64,000 nt of DNA from a virus. The stretch covers positions 19,915 to 83,914 of the IMG/VR virus record IMGVR_UViG_3300050021_000500; one strand, given 5' to 3'. A program made the position numbers and the translations under genes. The notes beneath the pieces were generated by a model, which had not been told where the DNA came from, did no database searches, and saw only the letters and a list, made by a program, of their open reading frames with translations. Numbering within the stretch: position 1 is the stretch's first letter; each line of letters starts with the position of its first letter. Positions 52,238 to 61,545 of the stretch are shown piece by piece.

Positions 52238-52465
52238 GGGTCGGTGGGTTCGAATCCCACCCGTGTTTGCGGTGCACGGAGACCCGGCTGGTAGCCGGAC
52301 AGTGGGTTTGACAGATCCCACAGCCGCAATTGAAAACCTTTATGAAGGTATCGGAGCTGATCGGAATACTGCAAACGTTCCCGGCAGAGGCTGAGGTAGG
52401 GGTGTTTGCCGCGTTTGACGACAACGGCCCATGCACGTGGGAGACGCCGGTGGTTTACCGGTGCG
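52238..52465 (+). ncRNA. Putative structured RNA with a tRNA-type T arm
   Basis: GTGGG-TTCGAAT-CCCAC, CCGTGT/GCACGG, GGGTC/GACCC, TTGCGGT/GCCGCAA and further hairpins in an intergenic gap. Confidence 0.5.
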
Positions 52466-52499
52466 ACGATGACGGTTCCGTTCGCATCGATCCCGGGGA

Positions 52500-52721
52500 A
52501 TGAATGTTATGGCGAAGGCCACCCAAACAATTCTCGCCAAAACTGAGCGGTGTTTTTGGTGTGAGACCAATCCCGATGAAACCGCGATTGGCCACGAAGG
52601 CCCCCATGCTACCTGGTGTCCATATTTTCGAGAGTCGCAGCGTGGCGGAGTTTCGCCCCGCCCGCAAAGCCTTCTCAGTGCACCTCGTTCGTTTCCACCA
52701 GTCGGACCGATAGCGAACTGA
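52500..52721 (+). CDS. Small Cys/His protein (moron)
   Basis: CFWC..H...CPY. Confidence 0.45.
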   Translation: MNVMAKATQTILAKTERCFWCETNPDETAIGHEGPHATWCPYFRESQRGGVSPRPQSLLSAPRSFPPVGPIAN

Positions 52722-53652
52722 CCCCGATTGATTCGTGATGTATCTCCAGTGAATCGGAATCGAAGCGCACGTCGGAATACGTCACGGCATTGTCTGGGTC
52801 TGTGAATGAGAACGACTGAAATCTTCCCCAGCAGCCCATGAAGAAGTTCTCCAGCGTGGCCAGGTCCGCGTCGGTTAGTACGGCGTAATCCAGTTGCCAA
52901 CCGTGCAGGGCATTGCCCGGGAAGCCAGCGAGGCCGCCGCCGATCCACGCCCAGGAATAGCGTGGCCCGAACACGTTGTCGTTGCGCAGCACCGCATACC
53001 GCTCGATCCGCGTGTACGGCAATTGCGCATTCAGCCCGATGGCCAGATTCGGGTAACTCGATCCTGCCGTGGGCAGCGTGAACGTCCGGTTGGCCGTCTG
53101 CCGCGCCGTGAGCGTAAAGTTGTAGAGCTTCGGCTCGCGCTCCGTCATGGGCAGCGTGTCCTGCTCGAGCGCCATGTTGCGGTAGAGGCGTCCGACCCTG
53201 ATCGGATTGCCGGCAGTGTAGGAAAGCGCGTCCGCCACCGTGGCGCTCGATCCTGCCTGACTGAGTATCGTACTGAGATAGGGACTGCCGCCTCCGCCCG
53301 CGCCTTCGATCACCACGTCCTTGCCGACGTCGAGCGCGGTGAAAGAGTTGGTGGCCGACGTCAGCGTGGTCCCGGAGATCACGCCGTCGATCAGGGCGCG
53401 GCCCAACACGAAATCCCAGGTGCTGTCGTAGGAGCCTTTTTGCGAATCGAAAAAGGTGACGATGGCCGCGGTCTCGGCGGCGGTCATGCTGCTGTACGCC
53501 AGGCTGAGGCGCGTGAGCGGCGCCCGGCGCTTCCATCGCTGCTCGCTGAAATTCAGGTGCTGCGAAATCCCAGTCAAGAATTCGACGGTTCTGAGCACCG
53601 GATATTGCGCGCACGCTCTTCCGCCCCTTGTTAATGGTAGTAATCCAGCCAT
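52675..53652 (-). CDS. Distal tail protein (DUF2460-like)
   Basis: Follows the tape measure gene; FF..G....F.FTDP..VRFDSD. Confidence 0.75.
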   Translation of the reverse strand: MAGLLPLTRGGRACAQYPVLRTVEFLTGISQHLNFSEQRWKRRAPLTRLSLAYSSMTAAETAAIVTFFDSQKGSYDSTWDFVLGRALIDGVISGTTLTSATNSFTALDVGKDVVIEGAGGGGSPYLSTILSQAGSSATVADALSYTAGNPIRVGRLYRNMALEQDTLPMTEREPKLYNFTLTARQTANRTFTLPTAGSSYPNLAIGLNAQLPYTRIERYAVLRNDNVFGPRYSWAWIGGGLAGFPGNALHGWQLDYAVLTDADLATLENFFMGCWGRFQSFSFTDPDNAVTYSDVRFDSDSLEIHHESIGVSSLSVRLVETNEVH

Positions 53653-53653
53653 G

Positions 53654-56600
53654 CTAAACCACGCTCGCCTTGCGCATCGAATTCAAAACCACCTGGTTGC
53701 CGGAAAAATCGTTGGCGATGGTCTGTGAGATCGCGACGCCATGCTGGCTCAAGAAATCATTCACGCCCTTCGAATCGATCGCGCTGACGTTGAACGTCAC
53801 GTTTCCCCCAGCGCCGGGCGACATCGGATTCGAAGGCGTCGAGGGATAGGGCTGCTGCACCATCGGCGGCCCGAATTGGGAGGTTACTCCGCCAGGCACC
53901 ATCGTATTGTGCTGGTAGTCGGCATACGGTTCTTGAACCTGGGGATAGGGGCCGAGATTTGACCCCCTGACGTCGCCATTCATACTGTAATCCGAGTACC
54001 CCCCGTTGGCCCCCATACTCACGTTCAACGGCGTAGGCGCGAAGAATTGCGAGGTCTTCAGCTTGTTCTGGATGTCCGTCTCGCGCTGTTGCGGACCCGC
54101 CGTCAGCAAGCTGCTCAACATACTGAGGCCCATACCCGCGCCCGCCACGATGGGTGCCGCCGGACCTGCAAGCCCCGCCATCATGGCGATGGCGCCGCCG
54201 GCCGACGCCAGGGAGCCGAGAGCGCTCATTGTTCCCTTGGCCCCGCCACGGCTGAACCCCTGGTAGGCCCCGAGGATTCCCCCTGCGGCGGCCCCGGCGA
54301 TGCCTATTCCCTTCCCCAAGGTCAAACCCGATCCGCTGGTGCCCTCTCCGCTATCGCCGCCACTTTGCTGGCCATCCGTAGGCAGGCCCCAGGTTTCCCC
54401 TCCTCCGGCGGATCCGGTTTCACCCGAGCCGGTGCTGCTGCCGTCGCCGGCGGATCCGGTTTCACCCGAGCCGGTGCTGCTGCCGTCGCCGGCGGATCCG
54501 GTTTCACCCGAGCCGGTGCTGCTGCCGTCGCCGGCGGATCCGGTTTCACCCGAGCCGGTGCTGCTGCCGTCGCCGGCCATCCCCGCCGGGCCGCGCTGCC
54601 ACAGGCCGGAGGAGTTTTGCGAGAGACCCGCCGTTGAGTCGCCGCCGCCGATAGTCTCACCGCCCGTCGTCCCGCTGCTCGGGTTCAGCCATACCCCGTT
54701 CATGCCGGCCAGACCGGCGAAGGTGTTGAACCCTCCGAGGATGCCCGAAGCCGACCCACCGCCGCCCGAAGGCGACGTGGCCCAATCCTGGACTTGCTTC
54801 AACAGGTCGGTCAGGTTGTTCAATGCCGCCGTGTTGTCGCTGGTTTTTTGGGTGTTGTCTGCCACCTTGAGGGTGTTGTCGGTCATGCCCGCTTTGGCCG
54901 GATCCGGGCCGAGGGGTGTGCCCGTGAGGACCTTCCCGAGCGTGGTGCCCGCCTTGGAGCGCAGGCCTCTGGTGGCCTTTTGAATCTCCGGCCACACCAT
55001 GCCCGCGACGTTGCCCACTATGGTGTCTTCGATCTTGTTGACCTGGCCCTTCAGGAAGCCCCCGACCCCGCCGGACTTCGCTGCGTTGAATAGGCCCACC
55101 GCGAACGATTCGAAGGCCTCCTTCTGTTTCAGCGCCAGGTTGAGCAAGGCGTTCTCGCGTTCCACCTGCGCGTCGAAGACCTTTTGTTTGAGATCGGCGT
55201 CCGCTATGTCGCGGGCCGCTTGTTTGTCTTTTTCGGTCTCGCGCAATGCAGCGATCTTCAGTTCCGCCTGATATTCCAGCGCCGCCTGATTGATCCGGAG
55301 ACTATATGCGTCGGCAACGTCCGTGCCCTCGCTCTCGCCCGCCAGACGGTTGCGCACCCCGACTTGGCCCAGTTGTTTCCGCCCCATGTCGCGCAGGTTC
55401 TTGAGCGAATCCTCATCCACTTTCAGCGCGGAGGCGCGCACGTCCTTGGCGGTTTTAACGAAATCCTTGGCTATCGTTTCCGCCGCCTTATCGGCGTTTT
55501 TATAGACTTCTTCCCATTCCTTGCCTGCTTCCTTGGCAATCTTGTCACCGATGGTGAGGGACCGCTTTTCGAGTTTGTCCAGTTCCGCGGCGTACTGTTT
55601 CGCCGATTCACCGACGTAGGTCACGAACGCCGCGCGCTCCTGAAGATCGTAGGACGCATTGACCTTGCCGGCGTTGGCTTGGGGTTTGCGTAATTCGTCG
55701 GCGCGCTCGCTGGCGATTTTGACGCGGGACTGGTCGTACTTTTTCTGCGGGGAATCTTCTCCCGCGGCGAAAGACGCATTGTAAAGTTCCTGGGAGCGCC
55801 TGGTTAATTCGATTTCCCGCTTCTGCGCGGCGGACAACTGGCCGATGGCTTTTTCCTGTTCTTTCAGAAGTTTGATTTTGGCGTCGAGCTGCTGAAGGTC
55901 CTTCAGTCCGCTGGCGCGCTTGGCATCCGTATCGGCTGCGAGATAGTGGGCCTCGGTGCTTTCTCTCGTCGCCTGGAGTTCCTTCAGATCCGCCTGCATC
56001 CGCGTTTTGGGGTCTTCTCCCGCCATGTTGTAGGCGCGGAGTTTCTGGCTATTGGCATCGCGCAGCGCTTGCTCGGGGGCGATCGCTCCGGGGAGTTTGG
56101 GTGCCCCAGGCGCTGGTGCCGCCGTACCAAACCGCTCCCACAGATCCCGTATCTGGTCAAAGGCTTCAGCGCCGCCGCCGATTACCCCCGCGCCAGCGCC
56201 AATACCTTCCAGCCCCTTGCGCGCCTGACTCTTCTCTGCTGTCTTGCCAATGATAAATTCGATCACTCCTATGGCGGGAATTGCCAGCTTTTGTTTCAGC
56301 GCATCCCACTGGAACCCCAGAAGCACCAGTTCTTCCTTGTACTTCTCGGCCTTGCCGATGGCCTCCTCGGTCATCACCACGCCGCTTGCTTTGGCGCGGG
56401 CCTCCAATTCCTGGAAGTGGGCAAATAGCGGTTCCATCTCCAGGCCACTGCGCCCGAACAGCGTGATCGTCATGCGGTCGCGCTCCATGACGTCGCCCAC
56501 CGCGGCTAACTTCTGGAAAAGAGCGGGCAGTAGTTCGCCCATGGGCTTGAAGGCGGCGTCGGCCCCCATGCCGAGTTCCGCCAAAACCTGCTTTTGCTTC

Positions 56601-57277
56601 TTGCCTTCGTCCGAATTCTCGCTCATACCACGCGAGAGCGTACGCATTGCCGTTGTGAGCGTGCCCGCATTGACCCCGGCCATCTCCGCCGCACGGCCGT
56701 ATAACTGCGTCTCGGTGGTCGTCATTCCCGTGCGCGATGCCAGACGGGAGATCTCCTGAGCATACGCCGCAGTCTGGTTGGCATTTTTCAGCAGCCATCC
56801 GCCGGCCAGGGCGAGCCCGGCCCCCACACCTACTGCCGCCACTCCGATAGCGCCATATTGCAGCGCGAAGCTCTCCGCCGCATTCCCCGCCGCCTGTAAG
56901 GGGTTCTGGATGAAGTTCTTGATTGAGGCGCCTAACTGCTGGTTGCTCTGATCGTGCTGGGCGTTGATTTTGAGCGCCTGCTCCTGCGCAGCCTGGATCT
57001 TCCGCCAACCCAACTCTTCCACTTCGAAGGCGCGTTTCTGCTGGGCCCGATATCGCTCCCGGTCCTGTTCGCTCTTGGCTTCCGACTTGGCGTAGTCTTC
57101 GCTGGCCTGGTGCGCCCGCTGCATCGGGTTGACCATGGCGGCTTGCCGCTGGTTCAGTTGCTCCTGAGCGGTTGCCAGTTCCTTGGTGCGCTGGACCTGC
57201 TGCTCCGTGAGCGCAACTACCTTGCCTACGTTTTCCAGCCCGGTTTGTACGGCATTGAACTCTAATTCGAAACTCAA
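53654..57277 (-). CDS. Tail tape measure protein
   Basis: 1207 aa, Ala/Gly-rich and helical, downstream of the chaperone genes. Confidence 0.88.
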   Translation of the reverse strand: MSFELEFNAVQTGLENVGKVVALTEQQVQRTKELATAQEQLNQRQAAMVNPMQRAHQASEDYAKSEAKSEQDRERYRAQQKRAFEVEELGWRKIQAAQEQALKINAQHDQSNQQLGASIKNFIQNPLQAAGNAAESFALQYGAIGVAAVGVGAGLALAGGWLLKNANQTAAYAQEISRLASRTGMTTTETQLYGRAAEMAGVNAGTLTTAMRTLSRGMSENSDEGKKQKQVLAELGMGADAAFKPMGELLPALFQKLAAVGDVMERDRMTITLFGRSGLEMEPLFAHFQELEARAKASGVVMTEEAIGKAEKYKEELVLLGFQWDALKQKLAIPAIGVIEFIIGKTAEKSQARKGLEGIGAGAGVIGGGAEAFDQIRDLWERFGTAAPAPGAPKLPGAIAPEQALRDANSQKLRAYNMAGEDPKTRMQADLKELQATRESTEAHYLAADTDAKRASGLKDLQQLDAKIKLLKEQEKAIGQLSAAQKREIELTRRSQELYNASFAAGEDSPQKKYDQSRVKIASERADELRKPQANAGKVNASYDLQERAAFVTYVGESAKQYAAELDKLEKRSLTIGDKIAKEAGKEWEEVYKNADKAAETIAKDFVKTAKDVRASALKVDEDSLKNLRDMGRKQLGQVGVRNRLAGESEGTDVADAYSLRINQAALEYQAELKIAALRETEKDKQAARDIADADLKQKVFDAQVERENALLNLALKQKEAFESFAVGLFNAAKSGGVGGFLKGQVNKIEDTIVGNVAGMVWPEIQKATRGLRSKAGTTLGKVLTGTPLGPDPAKAGMTDNTLKVADNTQKTSDNTAALNNLTDLLKQVQDWATSPSGGGGSASGILGGFNTFAGLAGMNGVWLNPSSGTTGGETIGGGDSTAGLSQNSSGLWQRGPAGMAGDGSSTGSGETGSAGDGSSTGSGETGSAGDGSSTGSGETGSAGDGSSTGSGETGSAGGGETWGLPTDGQQSGGDSGEGTSGSGLTLGKGIGIAGAAAGGILGAYQGFSRGGAKGTMSALGSLASAGGAIAMMAGLAGPAAPIVAGAGMGLSMLSSLLTAGPQQRETDIQNKLKTSQFFAPTPLNVSMGANGGYSDYSMNGDVRGSNLGPYPQVQEPYADYQHNTMVPGGVTSQFGPPMVQQPYPSTPSNPMSPGAGGNVTFNVSAIDSKGVNDFLSQHGVAISQTIANDFSGNQVVLNSMRKASVV
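54405..54577. repeat. Four perfect 42-bp tandem repeats inside the tape measure gene
   Basis: Each unit encodes AGDGSSTGSGETGS. Confidence 0.95.
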
Positions 57278-57290
57278 AATGTGACCCCTG

Positions 57291-58148
57291 TCAAACGGAA
57301 GCCGTCCGAAGAGTTTTTAACCATTCGCTCGGGTGTTGGGCGTGTTTTTTCAGATTGCATGGCGCGCACAATAGTTGAATGTTGCCGATGTCATTTGACC
57401 CGCCGCGAGATACCGGCATAATATGATCAGCGTGAAACCCGTCCGCAAGATCGGCAGCGCAAGCAACACATTTGCCGCCCTGCTTTGCATAAAGCTCCCT
57501 GATATCGATTTTTGTATGATGCCCGCCATTGCCGTTAATCCGCGCCTGCCTATTACGATTTCTCACGCGTGCGGTTTCATTGAATGCAGCCCTATTTTCG
57601 GCAATCCATCGTTTGCCTGAAGCTTTGCATTGTTCCTTGTTGCGTGCGTACCATTCGTTGGCCCATCGTCTCCACTTCTCCGGATCGTTTTTGCGGCGCT
57701 CGGCCTGCCTCTCTTTTGTCCAATACGGTGCGGTAGACTTCTTGGCTTGGTAATAAGCTTTCTCGTATGTTGTCAGGTAATCAGGATGATCTCGTCTCCA
57801 CTGTTCACCCTGCGCCTTTATGTGTTGTTTGTTCGCCTGATAATATTCCCGGTGATAAGCCTTCAGGTCTTCACGATGATTGGTGGCGTAGCGTTGTTTG
57901 GCCGCCGCCAGTTGCTGCTTGTTGGCGACAGCCCAGTCCCTGTTCAATGCCTGGATCTTCTCGCGATGTTTCTCGTAATAGCGCTTGCGCTTCGCGACCA
58001 CATCCTCTTTATTGGCCAGACACCACGTACGATGGCGTAACGCGACGCAAGATTTACACGTGGAGTTCTCAAACAGGGTTGCAGGCCCGGCGAAGCCACA
58101 TTTCGAGCAACATTTGGTAGGATTGGATTGCATCTGGTGGCCCTCCAT
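57291..58148 (-). CDS. HNH (homing-type) endonuclease
   Basis: CVAC..HADHIMPVSRGGSNDIGNIQLLCAPCNLKK; visibly lower GC. Confidence 0.92.
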   Translation of the reverse strand: MEGHQMQSNPTKCCSKCGFAGPATLFENSTCKSCVALRHRTWCLANKEDVVAKRKRYYEKHREKIQALNRDWAVANKQQLAAAKQRYATNHREDLKAYHREYYQANKQHIKAQGEQWRRDHPDYLTTYEKAYYQAKKSTAPYWTKERQAERRKNDPEKWRRWANEWYARNKEQCKASGKRWIAENRAAFNETARVRNRNRQARINGNGGHHTKIDIRELYAKQGGKCVACAADLADGFHADHIMPVSRGGSNDIGNIQLLCAPCNLKKHAQHPSEWLKTLRTASV

Positions 58149-58321
58149 TGGCCTCCGGAGCTTGGGACCATGCTGCTTCTAACAGTGTGGCCCCTCTTCT
58201 ATTTTCAGCGATTGCTGTCTGATTTGCAATGGAAATCAGCGAGTTAGAGAATCAACCTGCACCACCGATGTTGCACGACGCAGTGCCCATTGTTGTGGAA
58301 ACGCGGTGCTTACCAAACCGG

Positions 58322-58534
58322 TTAGGCGGCGGCCTCTGGGGTCGGGTGATGCTCGCCGCGCGTCATAACCTTGCAGGTGGCGCAATATTCCAGGGGCTTC
58401 GGGGTCTGCTGCTCTTCGTGCCGCGCGCGGAGCGCCGGGAGGAAGCGAGTTTCTTGATGGGCTGGAAGGCGTTTCACGCGCGAACCGCGGTCGGCATACC
58501 ACGCTTCCAGGAGTTGGCGGTCTTCGACGGTCAT
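58322..58534 (-). CDS. Small hypothetical protein
   Basis: ATGA overlap. Confidence 0.55.
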   Translation of the reverse strand: MTVEDRQLLEAWYADRGSRVKRLPAHQETRFLPALRARHEEQQTPKPLEYCATCKVMTRGEHHPTPEAAA

Positions 58535-58983
58535 GTCAATTTCCCAACAGCCTTCTGTCTGGCAACCTCACTGCGGATTTTCTGGTCCTGAATCAAGCGG
58601 GCGGCGTCATAAAGCCACCCAGGCGATTGGCTCAAATCCATGATGGTCCCTGTCTCTTCCCTGACCTTGGCCGCGGCTACGAAGATCTGCACTAGCTCAA
58701 AGTTGCGCGGGGTAATCAGGCAGACCGGGCATTCATTGGACTCGACCCCATCGACCCAATAGTTCACCGGGAGCATCTGCTTGGCCGATTGCGAGTAGGC
58801 TTTGGTCTCTCCGCCCGCGCGCCAGACGACGGGCCGCTTCGGGTCTACGTCGCCGGGGAAGTGGCGGGGGCAGTTTCGCTTTTCGTGGAATCCACCGGCG
58901 GGGCTTCGACAGACGGCGCAATCGAATTCGCTTTCTGCCCATCCGCCTTCTGCCCAGAAGTGGTAGGCGATGGCGAGTTTTTT
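58531..58983 (-). CDS. Tail assembly chaperone T segment (reached by -1 frameshift)
   Basis: Slippery A AAA AAC at 58983-58977 leads into LAIAYHFW. Confidence 0.8.
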   Translation of the reverse strand, partial: KKLAIAYHFWAEGGWAESEFDCAVCRSPAGGFHEKRNCPRHFPGDVDPKRPVVWRAGGETKAYSQSAKQMLPVNYWVDGVESNECPVCLITPRNFELVQIFVAAAKVREETGTIMDLSQSPGWLYDAARLIQDQKIRSEVARQKAVGKLT

Positions 58984-59492
58984 GAGTCGGCACCCGACAG
59001 ATAGGCTTCGGCCCATACGGCGGCGAAGACCTCGGCAAAGAGCTCGCGCGGCCCGAATTCGATCAACTGGTCCGTCGTGAGAGGTTGCCCCTCGACCGTG
59101 ACGCCCTCGATGGACAGGAGGGCGGCTTTGACCCAGGGCGATTCGATCTGCCGGTCGGCAATGCGCGAGGCTTCCTCCAGTCGCTCCCGATTGAGAGCGT
59201 GTGGTTTGGCCGCCAACTCTTTGCGCACCAGGTCGATCCCGTCAAGGATCGGCTTCGCCTCATCGGCCTTGGCCGCGAGGAGCTTCTCGTGCAAGTCGCG
59301 CAGCCGGTCGTATTCGGCCTTGTCGAGTTCATAGAGCGGCGCCAGGTCGCGTTGCGTCTCGCGCTGTTTGGCACGGAGATCGGCTGTTGCCAACTCAACC
59401 TCCGTGCGTTTGAGGATGCCCATGCGCCGGACGCTGAACGTCACGCCGGCGAAGGCTTTGGATTCGTGCGAAGTGCTGATTGAGAAGTTCAT
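58845..59492 (-). CDS. Tail assembly chaperone G
   Basis: Lies between the tail tube and tape measure genes; D-S-K-N at the slippery site. Confidence 0.8.
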   Translation of the reverse strand: MNFSISTSHESKAFAGVTFSVRRMGILKRTEVELATADLRAKQRETQRDLAPLYELDKAEYDRLRDLHEKLLAAKADEAKPILDGIDLVRKELAAKPHALNRERLEEASRIADRQIESPWVKAALLSIEGVTVEGQPLTTDQLIEFGPRELFAEVFAAVWAEAYLSGADSKNSPSPTTSGQKADGQKANSIAPSVEAPPVDSTKSETAPATSPAT

Positions 59493-59497
59493 AGAAG

Positions 59498-60514
59498 TTA
59501 TGCGAAGACGAGGCTCAGATCGTCGATGTTGCCCACGGCGCTTGCGTGAGCGAAACTCTCGCCGAAGTTGCACATCACGTGGTCCGTTTCATCCGCGTAT
59601 TCCGGCTGCGCGAACTGGAAGTCCTTCATCACGAACCGCACGATGTAGCCTGCCAGGTTGCCGCAGTCGATTGAGATATTGAACGGCGTGCCGGCCTTGG
59701 TCTTCTGTTTGATGTCGATCAACTCGGCCGAGTCGTTATCGACCACGCCCAACGTGATCGATACCTTGCGCTCGCCGCCTACCGCGAAACTGGGCAGCCC
59801 GTCGTCGTAGGTATCGTTGAGCGGCCGGGAGCCGGTCACCACGCGGACTGTGAAGTTCTTGAGCACTGCCGTGGTGTGGTCGAACGCGTGGCTGTCCATC
59901 GTAACCGCACCGAAGAAGCCCGGGATGACGGCGCCGGTGGTGGTGGTCGTGCTGGGTTCCGCGGGATAGGCGGAGAGTCCGCCTTTCGCCGCGGCTGCTT
60001 CGCTGGCGAAGTAGTCGGAGTCCAACTTGTAGACCCCGAGGCCGGTACAGGTCAGGTTGAAAATGTCGGTGTTGAAATTGAAGGTCACGTCTGCCGGGAT
60101 GCAGCCATAGACCATCTGCTGCGTTCCGCCCGAGAGCCCGTGTTGATAATCGAACAGGGTGAAGGGCTTGAACCCGGTGTCGGAGAAGTTGTAGGTCCCC
60201 GAGGAGCCCGCGAGGCCGGTGATGCCTTCGATAAGTGCCCAGGCGTCGGGCTGTCCGCCGGCGGTGCCCGAGGGGATGAGGGGGAAATCGCGCAGTTCGA
60301 ACGCGCCCCTCCAGCGTCCCAGGATGCCGGGCTGGGTCGAGCGGGTGCCGGTCTTCCAGGGCACGGCGACGATATCGCGGCCTCCGGTCAGTTTGGTTCT
60401 GCCTACGGCGCGCAGCAATTGCGCGGAGGTGCCGTCGGCCGCAGTCCGCAACGCGGTCTGCTGTTGGATAAATACCTTTTCAAAACGGGGGGAATTCTGA
60501 GTCACGGTCGGCAT
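59498..60514 (-). CDS. Major tail tube protein
   Basis: Position, size and beta-rich composition; AGGAGG RBS. Confidence 0.75.
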   Translation of the reverse strand: MPTVTQNSPRFEKVFIQQQTALRTAADGTSAQLLRAVGRTKLTGGRDIVAVPWKTGTRSTQPGILGRWRGAFELRDFPLIPSGTAGGQPDAWALIEGITGLAGSSGTYNFSDTGFKPFTLFDYQHGLSGGTQQMVYGCIPADVTFNFNTDIFNLTCTGLGVYKLDSDYFASEAAAAKGGLSAYPAEPSTTTTTGAVIPGFFGAVTMDSHAFDHTTAVLKNFTVRVVTGSRPLNDTYDDGLPSFAVGGERKVSITLGVVDNDSAELIDIKQKTKAGTPFNISIDCGNLAGYIVRFVMKDFQFAQPEYADETDHVMCNFGESFAHASAVGNIDDLSLVFA

Positions 60515-60581
60515 GGGCTGCCTCCTATCAAAAGTTGGAATGGTGCCGAGAAAGGGAGCGGCGTCGGCAGCCGCGGGAAAC

Positions 60582-61136
60582 TTAAACGAATGCCTCAAAC
60601 CTACATGGACACGTTAACGTCTGCCGCCAGTTGCGGCCGCCCATCATGATCGGGCTGCGGGTGACTTCGATGTTGCGGTTGTAGGTCCACCCCGGCGCCA
60701 CCATGGCTCCGTTGGCGTTCAGCGTGGTGTAGATCGCATCTTCGAAGGCATCGGCCCAACTGGCAAAGTCCGGGATGACCTCGGCCGCTTCCCAACTTAG
60801 ATGGATTTCGACGATGGCGAAGATCGGCCCGTTGAACGTCCCGAATTTAAACCGCGGATCGCTCACCGATTTCACAGTATCGATCGTCACCATGGGATAG
60901 CGGAAGGCCGAGGACTGCTCGATGAACTCCGGGCTCACCCGGCCAAAGAGAAAGTTCTGGCTCGTGCCGTCCGTTTGCCAATTGATGCCCTGCCAGAAGA
61001 TCACGGACGGATCGAGCCCGTAGTTTCCCAGGGCTTCGTTCACGGCGCCATTGAACCCGCCGAGAAGCGTGGAGCCCGGCGCCCCGGACAGTTGGGTCAG
61101 AAGCGCCTGGCGGATCATGCGTGAGACGGCCGGCAT
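60582..61136 (-). CDS. Tail terminator/completion-like protein
   Basis: Upstream of the tube gene; YP...I motif. Confidence 0.6.
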   Translation of the reverse strand: MPAVSRMIRQALLTQLSGAPGSTLLGGFNGAVNEALGNYGLDPSVIFWQGINWQTDGTSQNFLFGRVSPEFIEQSSAFRYPMVTIDTVKSVSDPRFKFGTFNGPIFAIVEIHLSWEAAEVIPDFASWADAFEDAIYTTLNANGAMVAPGWTYNRNIEVTRSPIMMGGRNWRQTLTCPCRFEAFV

Positions 61137-61139
61137 GGG

Positions 61140-61520
61140 TTAAACCTGGACGATGAGGTATTCGATATCCACCGACGCCGTGTTGGCCTTGACCGCCGGC
61201 GCGGTGACCGTGCTGGTGAAGCGGCCTTGCGCTGTCTCGCCCGGCAGGATCTTCAGCATCGGCGTGCCACTGACCGCAGGCAGGACCTCCACGTAGTTGC
61301 CGCCTACGGGGTCGTTGTTCTTGATAGCGAACGCACCCGGCGCCGTTACGGCGCCGAGGTTGATCGCGACTCCGCCAGTGGCCGTGGTCATGGTCTGGGA
61401 AGCGCGCATGAAGTCTTTGCCGGCGACGTCGCCGCGGACGTTCTGAATTTGCAGGTTCTGAGCGGCAATATTGCCTTTCGAAAATTGCAGGGAGGTGCTG
61501 AAGGTGAGTTCGTTGGCCAT
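61140..61520 (-). CDS. Virion structural protein (hypothetical)
   Basis: AGGAG RBS; beta-rich. Confidence 0.7.
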   Translation of the reverse strand: MANELTFSTSLQFSKGNIAAQNLQIQNVRGDVAGKDFMRASQTMTTATGGVAINLGAVTAPGAFAIKNNDPVGGNYVEVLPAVSGTPMLKILPGETAQGRFTSTVTAPAVKANTASVDIEYLIVQV

Positions 61521-61545
61521 GGTGGTGATGCTCCTGATTGGTGGG

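Noticed and set aside
52238-52330. Canonical tRNA or two-piece tmRNA
   Set aside because: No complete cloverleaf in normal order, no CCA and no alanine-type acceptor; kept only as a structured RNA candidate.
54405-54577. CRISPR array
   Set aside because: The units are contiguous with no spacers and lie in frame within the tape measure gene.
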